Origin: Chiloscyllium plagiosum | Lineage: Eukaryota | Assembly (NCBI RefSeq): GCF_004010195.1 | Contig: NC_057728.1 | Span: 50,377,569 to 50,397,568, forward strand | Length of the DNA stretch: 20,000 bases | Reading direction: 5' to 3' | Part shown: positions 1-9,264 of the stretch, in pieces | How the letters are laid out: every line of letters begins with the position of its first letter | How positions within the stretch are numbered: position 1 is the stretch's first letter | Notes under the pieces: model-generated | The model's input: the letters and a program-made list of their open reading frames with translations, nothing else | What the model was told of the DNA's origin: nothing | Database searches by the model: none | Made by a program: the position numbers and the translations under genes

Positions 1-269
1 TTCAGTGCAGATTTGTGTTATGTTGTGCTTGAGCATGCAAACCCAGCTGCCCACTGCAGGACAGTGGTTGTGAATTCCATATCCCAAATCGTCCCTGCCC
101 AACATTCCTCAAATACCAGGAAAGCAATTGGTCACATTTGAATAGCATTATACTTCTACAGCTGCGAAGATAATGTCCAAGAAAGAAAGTGTTGCTGACT
201 GGCCCATTAAGTTTCCAAAATGTTGGGCAGGAAGCAAATGCTGCTCAACCACAGCAGCAAGAACTTCCA

Positions 270-640
270 CTGATATTGCTTTCCATCCATTGACTCTGTC
301 CATACTTCCAGAAGCCTCACAAAAGTAGCCAACATAATGAAAGACTCCTCCCATTCCTGGTATAGTCTCTGCCACTCTTTTCCATTCAGGCAGAAGGTCC
401 AAGTTTAAAAACACATGCCAACAGATTCAAGAACAGCTTCTGTTATCAGAATTATGAATGAACCTCTCATATATTGAAGTTGATTTTTCTCCACACCTGC
501 TCTACAGCTATAACTATATTCTGCAACTATCCTATTGTCCTGATCTACTTATGTAAAGTATGATTTGTCTGGATAGCACACAAAACAATACTTTTCACTG
601 TATCTTAGCACATATAGCAATAATAAATCAAACCAATTCA
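270..640 (+). mobile_element. Rex1/Babar-type LINE, decayed 3' end (ORF C-terminus + 3' UTR)
   Basis: Translates as FPSIDSVHTSRSLTKVANIMKDSSH, followed by a frameshifted RFKNSF-like segment typical of the Rex1 ORF C-terminus. 3' tail TTTTCACTGTATCTTAGCACATATAGCAATAATAAATCAAACC. Confidence 0.75.
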
Positions 641-781
641 AGTAAAGTGAAGAAAACCACCGCAAGGTTTTTCACAGTATAAGAAAACAGGCTGATAATG
701 GCAAATCAAGTATCCAGCACCTACGGAATTCTGCAAATCATAAAAAAGGCAAATTAATTTGCAGCAAGTCGGGGATACGGT

Positions 782-1102
782 GGGCGGCACAGTGGCACAG
801 TGGTTAGCACTGCTGCCTCGCAGCGCCAGAGACCCGGGTTCAATTCCTGCCTCAGGCGACTGACTGTGTGGAGTTTGCACGTTCTCCCCGTGTCTGCGTG
901 GGTTTCCTCCGGGTGCTCCGGTTTCCTCCCACAGTCCAAAGATGTGCAGGTCAGGTGAATTGGCCATGCTAAATTGCCCGTAGTGTTAGGTAAGGGGTAA
1001 ATGTAGGGGTATGGGTGGGTTACGCTTCGGCGGGTCGGTGTGGACTTGTTGGGCCGAAGGGCCTGTTTCCACACTGTAAAGTAATCTAATCTAATCTAAT
1101 CT
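782..1102 (+). mobile_element. HE1-type (V-SINE) tRNA-derived SINE, young full-length copy
   Basis: tRNA-like head with A box (TGGCACAGTGG) and B box (GGTTCAATTCC). V-domain GTGTGGAGTTTGCACGTTCTCCCCGTGTCTGCGTGGGTTTCCTCCGGGTGCTCCGG. CR1-like tail GGGCCGAAGGGCCTGTTTCCACACTGT + (TAATC)4. CpGs retained. Possible TSD GATACGGT/GATACTGT. Confidence 0.95.
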
Positions 1103-1403
1103 GATACTGTGAATTATGAAATCGCTGAATCAGGAATACTATGAGACAAAAATACTGTGAATCAAGAATAAAATGAATTAGGAACACTGGGAATTCACAG
1201 TGATTCAAGAGTCCTGTAAAACAGGGTTACTGTGAATGTGAATCAGGAATACGGTGAAACAGGAATACTGTGAATTGTGAATGCAGTGAATCAAGAATAT
1301 TGTAAAACAGGAATACTGTAAATCATGAATGCAATGAATTAGGAAAACTGTGAATTAAAAATACAAATGATTCACAGTATCCCAATTCACAATTTCCTAA
1401 TTT
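1103..1403. repeat. Degenerate minisatellite with core GAATCAGGAATACTGT, terminal units inverted
   Basis: Recurrent AATCAGGAATACT / AGGAATACTGTGAAT units. 1370-1403 is the reverse complement of the unit. Related units also lie upstream of the SINE (~700-781). Confidence 0.75.
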
Positions 1404-1822
1404 GCAAGCCTTTGAATTATGGATGCTACAGACAGTAAGACAAATGAAGGGGTGCTTAAAATTGCAAAAGCAAAAAGTTCTCTTAAAAAGTGGCATCCAC
1501 AACAGCAAATGTCAGCTTTTTTAAAAAAACAATTATCACTGCTATAAAGCTACAGAGATTTATAAAGCTGCAGAGATCTCTTCCAGACAACAAAATGGAG
1601 GGCAGCAGAGAAAGGGGTTGACGTAGGCATAGTTGGACCAAGAATATCACAGAGTGATCGCAGAGGAGCTACATCAGGTGTGTGAGGATGGGGGAGTGAC
1701 AGAAGGAGAATGGCACCATGACAGGAGATATAATTGGATTTGCAGCAGTTCCAATCATTGCATTTTGGATTTAGTAATAAATGATTAAGGTTTCCCTGAA
1801 TGGTCCATTTCTTCCCCTACCA

Positions 1823-1847
1823 CCCCCCCCCCCTCCCCCCCCCCCCC
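1823..1847. repeat. Poly-C tract (C11-T-C13)
   Basis: Direct reading of the sequence. Confidence 0.95.
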
Positions 1848-2584
1848 ACAGCTCCCCATCCTCCTGCACTCTCTGCTGTGTAATTAACCTTCCTTGAACT
1901 CGCAGTAACAACAACTCTTTGCTTGATAAGATTCAACATTCCTCAGGAAGCATTCAGTCTGACAATTATGGCTTGCCATTGATGTTAGGGTGAACTCTCC
2001 CTGCTGGCCTCTAATTGCAGATGGTAAGCCTTAGATAGTCTGTAACAAACTAAATAACCAGTGAGATAGAAACAGCAAGGCAAGTTCAACTGCTTCAATG
2101 ATCTACTGAAGACTTAATGACACGGAGGCACTGATGATTCATTTCCTGTTACAGTGATATTCACTGAGTCATGTATCATTTAAACATTACCTGTCTGCCC
2201 ACCCTTTCTTCATTATTATACAGCCCTTGGAAGCATGACAAATGAAACACCAGAGTCCCAAAACAAAGGAAGATGAAGTGAGGATCTGATAGCATTATAG
2301 CAAACCAGAACAATTTAAAAGTAGAGTTTAAATGTCCTATTGATTTCTAGTCTGCTGTGCTTATTGATTTGAACAAAATGATTATTTAGTGAGCTGTTAA
2401 ACTCTTTAGTAAAGCAATTATTTGGGGTCCAGTGGGTAACATTTCAGGCTGTGGCACCTAAATTCTGCTTAGAGGTTATATCTTCTCATTCCAAAAATCA
2501 GAAATTAAATGAGAAATGGTCAAAGTGATGTTAGAAGCTGTGACCTGGGGCCCATCACATGGCCCTGTGGGAAGTATAGCAATA

Positions 2585-3218
2585 AAAAGAAAACCTTTCA
2601 TTTCTAACATGTCTTTCAAGATTTCACAACATCTCAAAGTGCTTTATGAAGCAAATGAAGGATTGTTGAAGTGAAGCCACAGTTGTGATTTATGAAATTC
2701 AACAGCCTGGTTGTGCACAGCTAGATCCCGCAAACAGCAATGTCATAATAGCTAACCCATCAATTTTTGTGATCTTGTTTGAGGAATAAATTTGTTCCAT
2801 TACTCTTTTTCAAATAATGCCCTCAAATCTTTTATATCCAAATGAAAGGGCATGCAGGGATTTCAGTTCATCATCTGATCTGAGAAACTCCATCAGTACA
2901 GATTGTTCTGCTATAACGTGTGTTTTGTTAATGTGAATTCACTCTAAAGCGACTAACGAATTAGGGGACAATGTTTGTAAAGTGCAAACCTTTAAGGCAT
3001 TTATTGGTTATAATATGACTCCAGTCCCATTAGTTTAAATGCTGCTGTTATTACACAATTTTCTTATAACACGGGATTGCATGAGAATGGAACTACCGTG
3101 TTATAGCAGAACCAACTGCACGAGTCAGCCTGGATTAAACATTAAAGACTGAGGATTTTGAAGTCACAACCTATCAGCTCACATCCAAGCATGGTACCCA
3201 CTGAGTCATGAAGAATGA
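2585..3218 (-). mobile_element. Deu-domain SINE (SacSINE1/AmnSINE1-like), old, split by a MITE
   Basis: 2585-2898 resembles the reverse-strand tail and Deu domain (CTCAAAGTGCTTTA..TTGAAGTG..GCACAGCTAGATCCCGCAAACAGCAATG). 3121-3218 resembles the tRNA head in reverse (GTCAGCCTGGATT..TTGAAGTCACAACCT..TACCCACTGAGTCA). Confidence 0.8.
2899..3118. mobile_element. Tigger/pogo-like (Tc1/mariner superfamily) MITE, 220 bp
   Basis: TIRs CAGATTGTTCTGCTATAAC (2899-2917) and GTTATAGCAGAACCAACTG (3100-3118). Flanked by TA on the left and CA (presumed mutated TA) on the right. Interrupts the DeuSINE. Confidence 0.85.
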
Positions 3219-3509
3219 CTTTACTTTATGCTTGTGTTATTAATGATTCACCTTTATAGCAAAGGCAAGAAATGTCTGTTGGTTAATATTAATGGCAGAC
3301 ATTTCATGCAGTTACATGACATTCCTCTGTTCAATATTATTATTGTGGGGTTTACCAATTTAAAATCCATGGCTTTAAAACCTGTTAAAAACAATACCCA
3401 GAGAAATATAATATTGAACACCATTATTTTCAGAAAGGAAAGGTGAGCTGCAGTAGGAACAAGTGGGACCTTGTTTTCTCACTTTCAGGTCACACTGACA
3501 AACCTGCAT

Positions 3510-3998
3510 CATCAATGATGGGAGGATCAAGCACAGTAGTGCAAAAGATAAAGTATTCACAACAGTCTTCAGCCAGAAGTGCCAAGTGATGATCCAACTT
3601 GACATCTCCTGAAGTACCAGCATCACAGATCTTCAGCCAGTTCAATTCACTCCACTTAATACAACAAAGTGGCTAAAAGCACTGGATACTGAAAAGTCTA
3701 TGGGCCTTGATAACATTCCAACAATAGCACTGAAAATTTCTGCTTCAGAATTTGCCATGTCTCCCCCAAGCTGCACCAGTACAGCTACAAACATGACATT
3801 ACCCAGATACATGGAAAATTGCCCAAGTATGACCTCTACACAAAATGCAAGATAAATCCAACCTCATCACACTCCTCTCTATCATCAATGGATGAATGCA
3901 AAGTGTCATCAACAGTGCTATAAAGCAGCACTAGCACATCAATAACCTGATCACTTACACCCAGTCCGGGTTCTGGCAGGACCAATCAGCTTCTGAAC
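3510..3998 (+). mobile_element. CR1/L2-group LINE ('family B') ORF2 fragment, decayed
   Basis: Frameshifted translation gives FSQKCQV, KWLKALDTEKSMGLDNIPTIALK, WKIAQV and KSN motifs of the non-LTR ORF2 region preceding and entering the RT. Confidence 0.8.
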
Positions 3999-4004
3999 TA
4001 ATTC

Positions 4005-4225
4005 CAGCAAATATCTGGCAAATGGAGTATAATGTGAGAAAGTGTGATATGGCAGAAAAAGCGAAAAAAGAGTAATTACAGAGCTCTGACATGCAGAAAA
4101 ATCTGAATGCCCTAGAATATGAATTGCCTACGGTTAGCATACGGATACAGAAAGTAGTCAAAAAAGTTATTAGAGTGTTATGTTTTTATTGAGAGAGGAA
4201 TTATATGCAAAACTAGGGAGGTTAT
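4005..4225 (+). mobile_element. Old CR1 LINE fragment, part 1 (continues 5226-5351 and 5563-5985)
   Basis: WQMEYNVRKC motif. Collinear with the downstream LYRVLVRPLLECWVQY after removing the nested insertion. Confidence 0.8.
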
Positions 4226-5225
4226 TAGAACATAGAACATAGAACAGTACAGCACAGAACAGGCCCTTCAGCCCACGATGTTGTGCCGACCAATGATCCT
4301 CATGTGAGGTAAACCTAATGTATGAACTCTCAAATTTCTGTGACCATATGCATGTCCAGCAGTCTCTTAAATATCCCCAATGACCTCACTTCTGCAACTA
4401 CTGCTGGCAACGCATTCCATGCTCTCACAACTCTCTGCNNNNNNACTTTCAAGTTCGACCTTCCAAAATGCATCACCTCGCATTTATCCAGGTTGAACTC
4501 CATCTGCCACCTCTCAACCCATCTCTGCACCCTGTCAAGGTCACGCTGCAGCCTACAAAAGTACTCAATACTGTCAACGACACCTCCAACCTTTGTGTCG
4601 GCTGCAAACTTGCTAACCCATCCTTCAATCTCCTCATCCAAGTCATTAATAAAAATTACAAAGAGTAGAGGCCCAAGCACAGAGCCCTGTGGAACACCAC
4701 TCACCACAGACTTCCAGGCAGAATATTTTCCTTCCACTACCACTCACTGTCTTCTGTCGACCAGCCAATTCTGTATACAGACAGCTAAATTTCCCTGTGT
4801 CCCATTCCTCCTGACCTTCTGAACAAGCCTACCATGGGGAATCTTATCAAATGCCTTACTGAAGTCCATATACACAACATGCACCGCTCGACTCATCAAC
4901 TTGTCTAGTAACATCCTCAAAGAACTCAATAAGATTTGTGAGGCATGACCCACCCCTCACAAAGCTGTGCTGACTGCCTTTAATCAAGCCATGCTCTTCC
5001 TATCCCTCAGAATCCTTTCTAACACCTTGCAGATGACAGACATGAGACTGACTGGTCTATAATTGCCGGGGATTTCCCTATTTCCTTTCTTGAAGAGAGG
5101 AATTACATTTGCCTCCCTCCAGTCCTCCAGTATGACTCCGGTGGAGAGCGAGGATGCAAAGATCTTCGCAAGCGGGCAAAGCAATCACATTTCTCGCTTC
5201 CCAAAGCAGCCGAGGACAAATCTGG
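4225..5225 (-). mobile_element. Younger 5'-truncated CR1 (HER1-like) LINE, RT region to 3' tail, pseudogenised, with assembly gap
   Basis: Minus-strand ORFs carry WREANVIPLFKKG..NYRPVSL, VYMDFSKAFDKIPHGRL, SGVPQGSVLGPLLFVIFINDLD, FAADTK (FADD mutated), WQMEFNLDKC and QRVVRAWNALP. (TTCTATG)n tail at 4225-4245. Six Ns at 4439-4444. Confidence 0.95.
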
Positions 5226-5985
5226 TTCTCTTATACCGAGTATTGGTGAGACCGCTTCTGGAGTGCTGGGTACAGTACTGATCGCTGTATTTACCAGGTT
5301 AATGCATTGGAGGCCATTTCAAGAAGGTTTCCTTTACTGATACTTGGAATAGAGTCAAGATTAGAGTAGTGCTGGAAAGGCACAGCAGGCCAGGAGGCAC
5401 CTGAGGAGCAGGAAAATCGATGTTTTGGGCAAAAGCCCTTCATCAGGAATTTTTCCTGCTCCCTGGATGCTGCCTGACCTGCTGTGTTTTTCCAGCACTA
5501 CTCTAATCTTGATTCTAATCTCCAGCATCTGCAGTACTCACTTTCGCCTGATACTTGGAATAAGCAGCTTGTCTTACGAGGAAAGGCTGGACAAGGTACA
5601 ATTGTGCCATCTGGGGTTTAGAAGACTCAGACGTGACTTAGTTGAAATAGATAAGATCCTGAAGGGACCTGCCTGGGTGGATGTAGAAGAGATGCTTCCT
5701 CTTGTGGGAGAACCTAGAACACAGGGTGATAGACTTAAAAAAGGGTCTCTCTTTTGGACCAAGATGAGAATTCATTTCCTCAAAAAGTGGTGGATCCAAA
5801 AAGTTTAAATATTTTTAAGGCAAAGGCAGATAAATTCTTGACTACAGAGGGGAAGAAAGATTATTGAGGGTATGGATGAATGTAGAGTGGAGGCTAAATT
5901 GAGATCACGTTATCGTATTATTGAATAGCAGAGCAGGCCAGAGGGTCAAGTGGTCTATTCTTCTCCCTTGTTCATATGTTTGTGT
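5226..5985 (+). mobile_element. Old CR1 LINE 3' part (parts 2-3), interrupted at 5352-5547
   Basis: LYRVLVRPLLECWVQY, then LSYEERLDK..GFRRLRRDLVEIDKILKG..PLVGEPRTQG, then a CR1 3' UTR-like AGCAGGCCAGAGGGTCAAGTGGTCTATTCTTCTCC. Confidence 0.85.
5352..5547. mobile_element. Fold-back Penelope-like short element with hammerhead-like core in the loop and 15-bp TSD
   Basis: Inverted arms 5352-5416 / 5451-5515. Exact flanking duplication CTGATACTTGGAATA (5337-5351, 5548-5562). Minus strand reads CTGATGA-A-GGGC-TTTT-GCCC-AAAA-CATC. Confidence 0.85.
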
Positions 5986-6029
5986 GTTTTTGTGCTTATT
6001 GTCATTATTTAAAAGATCATAACAAAACA

Positions 6030-6475
6030 CACACTTACAGAACTGAAGAAACTATTCAGTCCCTCATATCAGTGATAGATCTTTGCTAGAATAATCCCAA
6101 ACCTAATGACGCTCTCTCATGCTCCCCACATGGCTCAATATCTTCCTCTGCCTCAAATACTAAACTACTCTTCCCTTCATAGATAAAATGGTCTCAACAC
6201 TTCTTTGATATATCAATCTGGAAACGAATAAAATGAATTTAAATTGATTTACGACCCCTTATCACTCCCTCACAAACCAGAAAATAGGTTCAATTATTCA
6301 CCCTATCAAATGTAGTCATATTTTAAATCTTCTTTTATTTTTTATTCTAATCTTCTCTGCGTCTGTGCAGACTACCCCAGCAGCTCAAGCCCCTCATAGC
6401 TATGGACCTCAACCCTGGTATTACTCAGTAAACATATACAGTCTACTTTTTATTGCTTTAATGTGCTTTCTATAA
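6030..6475 (-). mobile_element. Very old CR1 LINE 3' fragment
   Basis: Degenerate reverse-strand CR1 tail and ORF2 end motifs (ACAGAACTGAAGAAACTATTCAGTCCCTCA; TTCACCCTATCAA; AATCTTCTCTGC; CAACCCTGGTATTACTCAGTAAA). Confidence 0.6.
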
Positions 6476-6954
6476 CAGTCTGTACTGTGGAATGTTGACT
6501 TTGATGTGTTCATGACCACATTTAGCCAATATGTGCAGTCAACATTTGCAGCAATTTTCCGACAGTTTATTGAGAAGCAGCAGCTTAGATAAGCTAATTA
6601 GGCAAAGAAAGGGAATGTACAATACTAGAGAGATGGAGGATCAAGGTTAAAACTGTTCTGTAAAATGAAGAAGCATCACGAGCACTCCCATGTCTCAGAC
6701 GTCTTGCAGCCTTTCATGAAAATCTTTAGTGGCAGCACCTTTCTTCTTCTCTTGGGCTAATGGAAGGAATCTTCGGGTCTTCCCCCAAGAAGATGGTTCT
6801 CGTCCCCATGAGTCCCCTCATAACCATCCCTCCTATCTACCTCTGCTGATATATATTATTCTGGGAGTTGACCTTGAACCCTGTGTTAACCAACTGTCTA
6901 AAACCTCTCAACCAATGACCGGGGCTGCCACTCATGATGCCAGGATGACCATTG

Positions 6955-7598
6955 TAGAATATCCTTTATTACTACGTGTACTCACAGAAGTACGGGGAAA
7001 AGGTTTTTACAACAGCAGTGTCTAACAGTGCCATGTTCTGTACAGGTACCTCTGTTCAAATCTTGGATGTAAAAGAGGAATAAAAGGAAAAGTAGTAGCA
7101 TTATTTGCAATGTTGAAACAATAAGCTAGAAATAAGATAGTTGTAACATAGGATTAACATTACAGTCCAGTAAAGAATTTCAAATAGTAGTAGCTCAGCA
7201 CATAGTCTGACCACTTGCACCAGGCCTCAGTCCAGCAACTGTCCTGTTCCATGCCAAGCCTCCAGTCTGCTCTGCACTGGCATTCAGCTGCACCAAGATA
7301 GGTTGCACTGCTCTAGGGTTCATTCCCTTCGCACTGCAATGGGACTTGCCTCTCCTCGCACTGGTCCAGGACTTGCCTCTCCTCACGTTGGTCCAGGACT
7401 TACTTCCCCCTTACGTTGATCCAGGACTCGATCTCCCCCCACGCTGCTCTGAGACTCACTTCCCTTTGTGCTGCACCGGGACTCGCTTCGCCTCGTGCTG
7501 CTCTAGACTGTTAAAGACAGAGAACAAAAAAATTAAAGTAACAGAACAGGTGGAGTAGAGGAGCTCCAAGTGGAGTGGCCTACTTGGCTGCTATCTTG
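6955..7598 (-). mobile_element. Non-autonomous retroelement with Rex1-like 5' and 3' ends
   Basis: Minus-strand 5' end CAAGATAGCAGCCAAGTAGG (decayed CAAGATGGCGGC-type start). 3' end TTTTCCCCGTACTTCTGTGAGTACACGTAGTAATAAAG resembles the Rex1 tail at 590-630. No ORF homology in between. Confidence 0.6.
7316..7508. repeat. 27-28 bp tandem repeat (~7 units, GGACTTGCCTCTCCTCGCACTGGTCCA)
   Basis: Units start at about 7342, 7369, 7396, 7424, 7452 and 7479, plus a weaker unit at ~7316. Divergence increases outward. Confidence 0.9.
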
Positions 7599-7928
7599 TC
7601 GATTATACCATGGTCCCCTTGAAGATTAGTTGGCATTCCTTCGAGGAATAAAACCCTGTTTTTGAAAACGTTGGACTCAGTGTGGTTAGTGTTGCGCCCA
7701 ATAAATGGGTCTTGACCTTATTTCCTTCCTTCTGTTTTCAAATATTAGAGATCTGTTTATATTTGTAGAAGGCTAGTTACTGCTGTAACACTGAGGCTGC
7801 ACAGGAAATGCTAAATGTGAAACATTGAAAGAAATTGAATTTTAAAGAGGGTCCCAATTTCCAACAGAACTGACCAATCTCCAATATCAGTTCATGTTAA
7901 ACAGTCATTCGATAATTAGAATTTGATT

Positions 7929-8286
7929 CTTGCTGAAAAGACAGACATTTCCAAAGCTTTTGGTCTTGTATTCATCAGGACAAGTACAGGAATGCTGAGT
8001 TTTAAATGATCCTAACAATTTTTACAGCAGGAATAAACAACACAAATTACCTGGGAAGCAATCAGCATCCTATTCACTTGCAGTATAATTGTAATTGTTA
8101 GAAATTTGCCAAACTTGCATTTGTCCTGATGAGTACAAGATGAAAAGCGGCTTGCTTTCCAAACAATTAGCTTCCTTTTCTCCTATAGTATAATTTATCA
8201 TAAGCTTTGAAATTTAGCACTCTTGAAATTGTCCTGGTGAATGCAAGATGCAAAACTTCAGAAAAATATCCACCTTTTCATCAATT
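7929..8286. mobile_element. Penelope-like element: one inverted plus two tandem terminal repeats, each with a hammerhead-like core
   Basis: Left arm TGCTGAAAAG..TTCATCAGGACAAGTACAGGAATGCTGAGTTTTAAA is the reverse complement of repeats at ~8098-8148 and ~8206-8286 (GAAATTT..CTTG..TTGTCCTGATGA..CAAGATG..). Confidence 0.75.
8123..8153 (+). ncRNA. Minimal hammerhead ribozyme-like motif (both core boxes intact, cleavage site not)
   Basis: GTC-CTGATGA(8126-8132)-GT ACAAG AT-GAAA(8142-8145)-AGC. Confidence 0.6.
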
Positions 8287-9264
8287 TGTATTGCTTTTTG
8301 TTTTGCTTTTATTCTCTAGGCCTTCACATATATACAAAAATGTCCAAGCTGCTCAGTCACAATTTTATAAAGAACACTTGATACATGAGAGACCACAGAC
8401 TGCCTTTGGCTGCTGACATTAAGGGTCAGGCATTGTTTAATCGATTAATAAACCTTTCTACTCCCATCTGTTTTGAACATCTTTTTGTGAGCTAAGTTCT
8501 ATTCCAATGTCTCAGTGGGTACATTTCTGTATTCCTTTCCAATGCTTAAATTGAAGGACACTCTGTTCCTTGCCATTACCTACATAAGAGTGAAACAGAG
8601 CAGATAATGAATCAATGAAGCAGCTAATTCTGAAGCAGACACGCATATAGCTTCAAGGTCATGTCCCTGAATATACTGCTGCAAATAGATCTTTGGCAAA
8701 TCATATTAAATAAAGCACTCGCAGGATATAGGAGGAACATTACAAAGAGCATTAGATTTTGGGTCCATTTAAACAAAATATTAAACATGAGTTCAAGGCA
8801 GTTCTGTTTCAAAACAACTGTAAACTGAATTAAGGCTAATGATAAAGGTATGCTGTGTAAAAGGGATGTCAGGCCCCAAATGGATTCTGAAATAAAATAG
8901 ATTTCCACAGGGGCGCTTGCTCTACATTGCTGTGATGTTACATCAGATCCTGATTCCAGATTCAATCTGCATTTACTGCATAATTGGAGTGCCTTACTGA
9001 ATGGAATAAGGACCCTGTTGTGCCTTTTAGTAGACAGATCAAATTATTTTACCCTTCAGCTTCTTCAGGTAACACATTTTCACCCTTAGTTGTTCAAGAT
9101 ATTTATAAGAACATGCTATAACCACCAAAGTTCAATACAAATTCAAAATATACCCTTGAGCATTTTGTTACTGTTATTACTATTATTAACAATAAACTAT
9201 TGAAAGAATAATGTTTGATTGGAATTAGAGATATTAGGAATTGGAACAGTGTCTCGCACCTGTT

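Noticed and set aside
782..856. tRNA gene (also 15156-15246, 18772-18845)
   Set aside because: The A/B boxes belong to SINE heads and continue into SINE bodies; no complete cloverleaf is evident.
638..1074. ORFs of 109 and 106 aa (also 18220-18540, 18644-19105, 18772-19071)
   Set aside because: They are translations of HE1 SINE sequence, and the same pseudo-peptides recur in each copy.
1543..1578. 18-bp tandem duplication TATAAAGCT(A/G)CAGAGAT as a double TATA promoter
   Set aside because: Most simply a slippage duplication, with no other promoter evidence nearby.
4330..5184. Reverse-transcriptase ORFs as a functional gene (also 11779-12051, 12420-12656)
   Set aside because: Fragmented by stops and frameshifts, catalytic FADD mutated, 5'-truncated CR1 relics.
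5352..5515. Long hairpin as a miRNA gene or terminator
   Set aside because: Explained by a TSD-flanked repetitive element with homologous arms elsewhere in the window.
7316..7508. 27-bp repeats as a CRISPR array or coding repeat
   Set aside because: Head-to-tail units with no unique spacers, in a eukaryotic context; unit length drifts to 28 bp, breaking frame.
8624..8965. 113-aa minus-strand ORF in TE-free sequence
   Set aside because: Non-ATG start, no recognisable domain, and no convincing exon boundaries in frame.
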